IMG/VR virus record: IMGVR_UViG_3300033485_000070
Span: 1-27,004 of that record
Length of the DNA stretch: 27,004 bases
Reading direction: 5' to 3' (one strand)
From: a virus
Taxonomy: Duplodnaviria > Caudoviricetes
In this document: positions 23,965-27,004 of the stretch, in pieces
How the letters are laid out: every line of letters begins with the position of its first letter
Numbering within the stretch: position 1 is the stretch's first letter
Program-made: the position numbers and the translations under genes
Notes under the pieces: generated by a model
What the model was told of the DNA's origin: nothing
The model's database searches: none
What the model saw: the letters and a program-made list of their open reading frames with translations, nothing else

Positions 23965-25263
23965 ATGCCGCAGGATCCCAATAACCCCTACGGAAACCCG
24001 AACGTTGGCCCCTCTGGTACGGGCGCGGCGTGGAAGCCGCCTCCGGGCTGGACGCCCCCGCCGCCTCCGGCGCCGGGCGTTCCGCAGCGCGCCGGCCAGG
24101 AGGATGCCGACTACTTTGCCAGCGTCTACCAGCCGCAGAACGGCGTGGGCGGAGGCCAAGGCTCGTCGGCGTCGAGCGGGTTTACAGGCAGCACGGGCGA
24201 GTATTACCAGCCGGACCAGATCGGGATCTTGGGAATCGACGCCAACTACCTGCCCGGTGGCAGCCAGAACCCTGGGACGCAGGGCGCGGGCGGCTCCGCG
24301 GCAGGAGCGGCGCCCGCTGCGGCGCCGTTTGCGTACAACCCAAACTTCGACATGAACACCCCGCAGGTCGACGAGACCACGGGCGCGGACATCGCCGGCC
24401 AGCTGATGAACCCGAACACGCGCGGCACGGCGTGGCAATCTGCGAACCCGCAGGCGTTCGCGGCTCCGGGGCAGGGCGAGCAGTATTGGAACCAGGTCGC
24501 CGGCAACTTCAACAACCGCCCCGTCGCGAGCAATATGGCCGCGAGCGCCTACAACAACTACGAGAGCCAGCGCAACGAGCTGGGCGCGCTGCCGGGGCTC
24601 GATCCCTACTACGACCGCGCTCGGGAGCGGACCGCGGGTGACCTGAACCGCCAGCTCGCGGCGCGCGGCGGCTACAACACCTCGCGCGGCCTGAACATGC
24701 TCTCCGATGCCTCGCAGGGGCTGACGGCGGAACAGGCGAACCGCGAGGCGGACTACGCGCTCAAGCGCAGTCAGAACGCGATGAACTGGGCGCAGGGCGG
24801 CGCGCAGGCGGCGCAGGGGGCCGATAACTCCAGTCTGAATCAGGGCAAGCTCGACCTCGCGCAGACGATGGGCTTCGGCGACCTCGCGATGGGCGCGCAG
24901 GATGCCGAGCAGAACCGCCTACTGACCGACCTCGGCGTGAACATGGGTCTGGACGCTCAGCAGATGGGCAGGATGGGCGGAGCGCTCGACGCGTCTTCGG
25001 TGAGCGGCGGCGCACGGCGCGACCGGATCATGGACGTGTTCAACAGCATGTTCAACATGGGCAACGCCACAAGCGGTGTCGCCGGGCAGAGCTTCGAGGA
25101 CATGATGAAGTCGTTGCTCGAGCTGGAGGACGGCACGGCTGCGGCGGAGCTTGGCGGCGACGCCAACGCCGTGGGAAACGAGATGAGCGGTCGCCAAGAG
25201 GGCCAGGCCGGCATCGGCAACGCGTTCGAGCTGATCCCGAAGCTCGTCGGGATGGGGGGCTAA
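23965..25263 (+). CDS. putative DNA ejection (transfer) protein
   Basis: DPYYDRARERTAGDLNRQLAARGGYNTSRG motif; rich in G/A/Q/N. Confidence 0.65.
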   Translation: MPQDPNNPYGNPNVGPSGTGAAWKPPPGWTPPPPPAPGVPQRAGQEDADYFASVYQPQNGVGGGQGSSASSGFTGSTGEYYQPDQIGILGIDANYLPGGSQNPGTQGAGGSAAGAAPAAAPFAYNPNFDMNTPQVDETTGADIAGQLMNPNTRGTAWQSANPQAFAAPGQGEQYWNQVAGNFNNRPVASNMAASAYNNYESQRNELGALPGLDPYYDRARERTAGDLNRQLAARGGYNTSRGLNMLSDASQGLTAEQANREADYALKRSQNAMNWAQGGAQAAQGADNSSLNQGKLDLAQTMGFGDLAMGAQDAEQNRLLTDLGVNMGLDAQQMGRMGGALDASSVSGGARRDRIMDVFNSMFNMGNATSGVAGQSFEDMMKSLLELEDGTAAAELGGDANAVGNEMSGRQEGQAGIGNAFELIPKLVGMGG

Positions 25264-25788
25264 ATGGCGCTGACGCTCGAGCAGTTTTTGAAGATGGCCC
25301 CCAAGCCATTCGTTGCCCCTCAAGGCGGCGGCGGAGGCCCGATGGGCATGCTCAAGGGGATGGGCGGCGGTCAGGCCGCTCCCGTCCAAGCGCCCGCGGC
25401 CCCGGCGGCGCCTCAGCAGGATGCGATGGCGGCGGTGGACGATGCGATGGCGTCGTTCGACGCGTACCATGGTTCGGACGGCGGCATGGGTCCGATGGGG
25501 CCTGGAACCCCGGCGCCCGAGATGGGCCCTGGAATGGTGAGTTACACGCTGCCTGACGGGCAAAAGGTCTACATGGCCAAGCCCCAAGAAATCATCGAAT
25601 ACGTCGGGGACAACGGCCCCTATGTCACGTCCGACACGCGAGGGAGCGCCGCGCATCAGCAAGATGCGGAGAACTACGAGGCCGATCGTGCGAGGCAGCA
25701 GAGCAAGTACGAGGCCGGACAGGGCGCCGCGCCATCGTTCTTCGACATGCTGGACGATCTCAAGCCGTACACGACGAACAAGTACTGA
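25264..25788 (+). CDS. putative internal virion protein
   Basis: Abuts the upstream stop, has TGATG coupling downstream, low complexity. Confidence 0.6.
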   Translation: MALTLEQFLKMAPKPFVAPQGGGGGPMGMLKGMGGGQAAPVQAPAAPAAPQQDAMAAVDDAMASFDAYHGSDGGMGPMGPGTPAPEMGPGMVSYTLPDGQKVYMAKPQEIIEYVGDNGPYVTSDTRGSAAHQQDAENYEADRARQQSKYEAGQGAAPSFFDMLDDLKPYTTNKY

Positions 25789-27004
25789 TGGCTCTCACCG
25801 CTTCCGACTTCGCGCGCTTCCTGCCGGCTCCGGTCGATCCGACCTCGGGGGCGCAGGCGTTCTCGCGTTCGATGGCGAACATGACGAACGATCGTCAGGT
25901 CGGGCTGCAAGACGAGCGGGCGAGGGCGGAGCTTGCCCAGCAGCAGCTGTATCAGGGCCAGCAGATCGAGCAGCAGAGGGCTCGGCTCGCGCACGACCAG
26001 GCGGCGGCCCAGGAGATCGCGAAGCAAAAGGAGTTCGAGAAACAGAAGGGCCAGCAGACCGCGATAGCTGACTTCTACAGCACGATGCGCGGTCAGAGCC
26101 CGGCGGACATCGCCGCGGCCAAAGCGAAGCTCCAGGCGTGGGGCCTCGACATGGACGTGGCCGACGATGCGGAGAGCGCGACCGACGATGCCCTCGGCGC
26201 GTTCGACGCCGCGCACGCTCCCGCGTTGACGCTCGACGACGTGGCGAACCCGATGGCGCCGCCGCCGCCGGCCAAGAAGAGTAAGCGGGTCCGGATCCTG
26301 CGCGACGGCAAGGAGATCGGTACGCCGATCGCGATGGACGAGTTGATTGGGCCGACGCAGGCCGCGCTCGAGCAGTACGTCAAAAGCTCCTCGGCGATGG
26401 AACCGATCACGCAGGAGGAGATCAACGCGTACATGTCCGTCTCCGGTGGCGACCCCGAGAAGGCCCTCGAGATGGCCCATAAGGAGCGCCAGCTCCGCAA
26501 GCAGCCGCCGCCGAATCCGCTACTCCAGGGCGAGACCGGCTCGGACGGCGGCTGGAACATGAAACTCTCGAGCGAGGTGCAGAAGTACGTCACCGGCTAC
26601 CGCGTGAGCAGCAAGCTCCCGGAGATCCGGCAGCAGCTCAACACGACCGCCAAGCTGCGCTCGCTGCTCAAGAAGGCCGAGGACGGCACCTTCGACCCTG
26701 TGGCCGACCGCGTCGCCTTTACCGAGCTGCTGAAGTCGATGGCCGGCTCGCGCCCCACCGACTACGACCAGAAGTTTCTCGAGAAGGCCGGCGGCGTCGC
26801 GAACATGTTCGAGACGAAGTACAACGAGATCTTCGATCGCGGTCGCATGACCGACAACTTCCGCAACAGCGTGCGCAGCCTCGCCGACGCGGCGGAGCGG
26901 CGCGCGTCGGAGCTGGTCAACGCGGAGGTCGCGAACGCCGAGTCTGGCATCGAGGACCTGATCTACGGCATCGACCCAGGGGCGAGCCCCGAGTTCGTGG
27001 CGCG
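25788..27004 (+). CDS. putative ejection/internal virion protein, truncated by the window end
   Basis: ATG 25788 (MALTASDFARFLPAPVDP...). Open and GC3-rich to the end, with a Gln-rich coiled coil. Absent from the ORF track because there is no stop. Confidence 0.75.
   Translation, partial: MALTASDFARFLPAPVDPTSGAQAFSRSMANMTNDRQVGLQDERARAELAQQQLYQGQQIEQQRARLAHDQAAAQEIAKQKEFEKQKGQQTAIADFYSTMRGQSPADIAAAKAKLQAWGLDMDVADDAESATDDALGAFDAAHAPALTLDDVANPMAPPPPAKKSKRVRILRDGKEIGTPIAMDELIGPTQAALEQYVKSSSAMEPITQEEINAYMSVSGGDPEKALEMAHKERQLRKQPPPNPLLQGETGSDGGWNMKLSSEVQKYVTGYRVSSKLPEIRQQLNTTAKLRSLLKKAEDGTFDPVADRVAFTELLKSMAGSRPTDYDQKFLEKAGGVANMFETKYNEIFDRGRMTDNFRNSVRSLADAAERRASELVNAEVANAESGIEDLIYGIDPGASPEFVA

Overview
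GC-rich tailed-phage (or prophage) DNA with podovirus-like gene content and two divergent arms. The left arm (minus strand, about 550-5980) is a chain of small, translationally coupled early or accessory genes: a DUF4406-like protein, an MT-A70-type methyltransferase, SSB, an XRE HTH protein, a LexA-like DNA-binding domain, Zn-finger proteins, micro-ORFs and a possible Tad1/Acb2-like protein. A repeat-rich intergenic region (about 5980-6370) holds divergent promoters that appear to give leaderless transcripts. The right arm (plus strand, 6372 to the end) is the packaging and virion module: large terminase, portal, GroES-like co-chaperonin, scaffold, major capsid, beta-helix/tailspike proteins, head-tail adaptor, P22 gp10-like hub and ejection proteins. 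The main oddity is in the large terminase, which carries a 323-aa intein inserted in the DHALDA|CKY nuclease motif. The intein's HNH endonuclease is not part of the intein polypeptide; it is a separate 220-codon gene nested in the -1 frame, while the intein frame stays open across it. All family assignments come from motif recognition by eye, not database searches.
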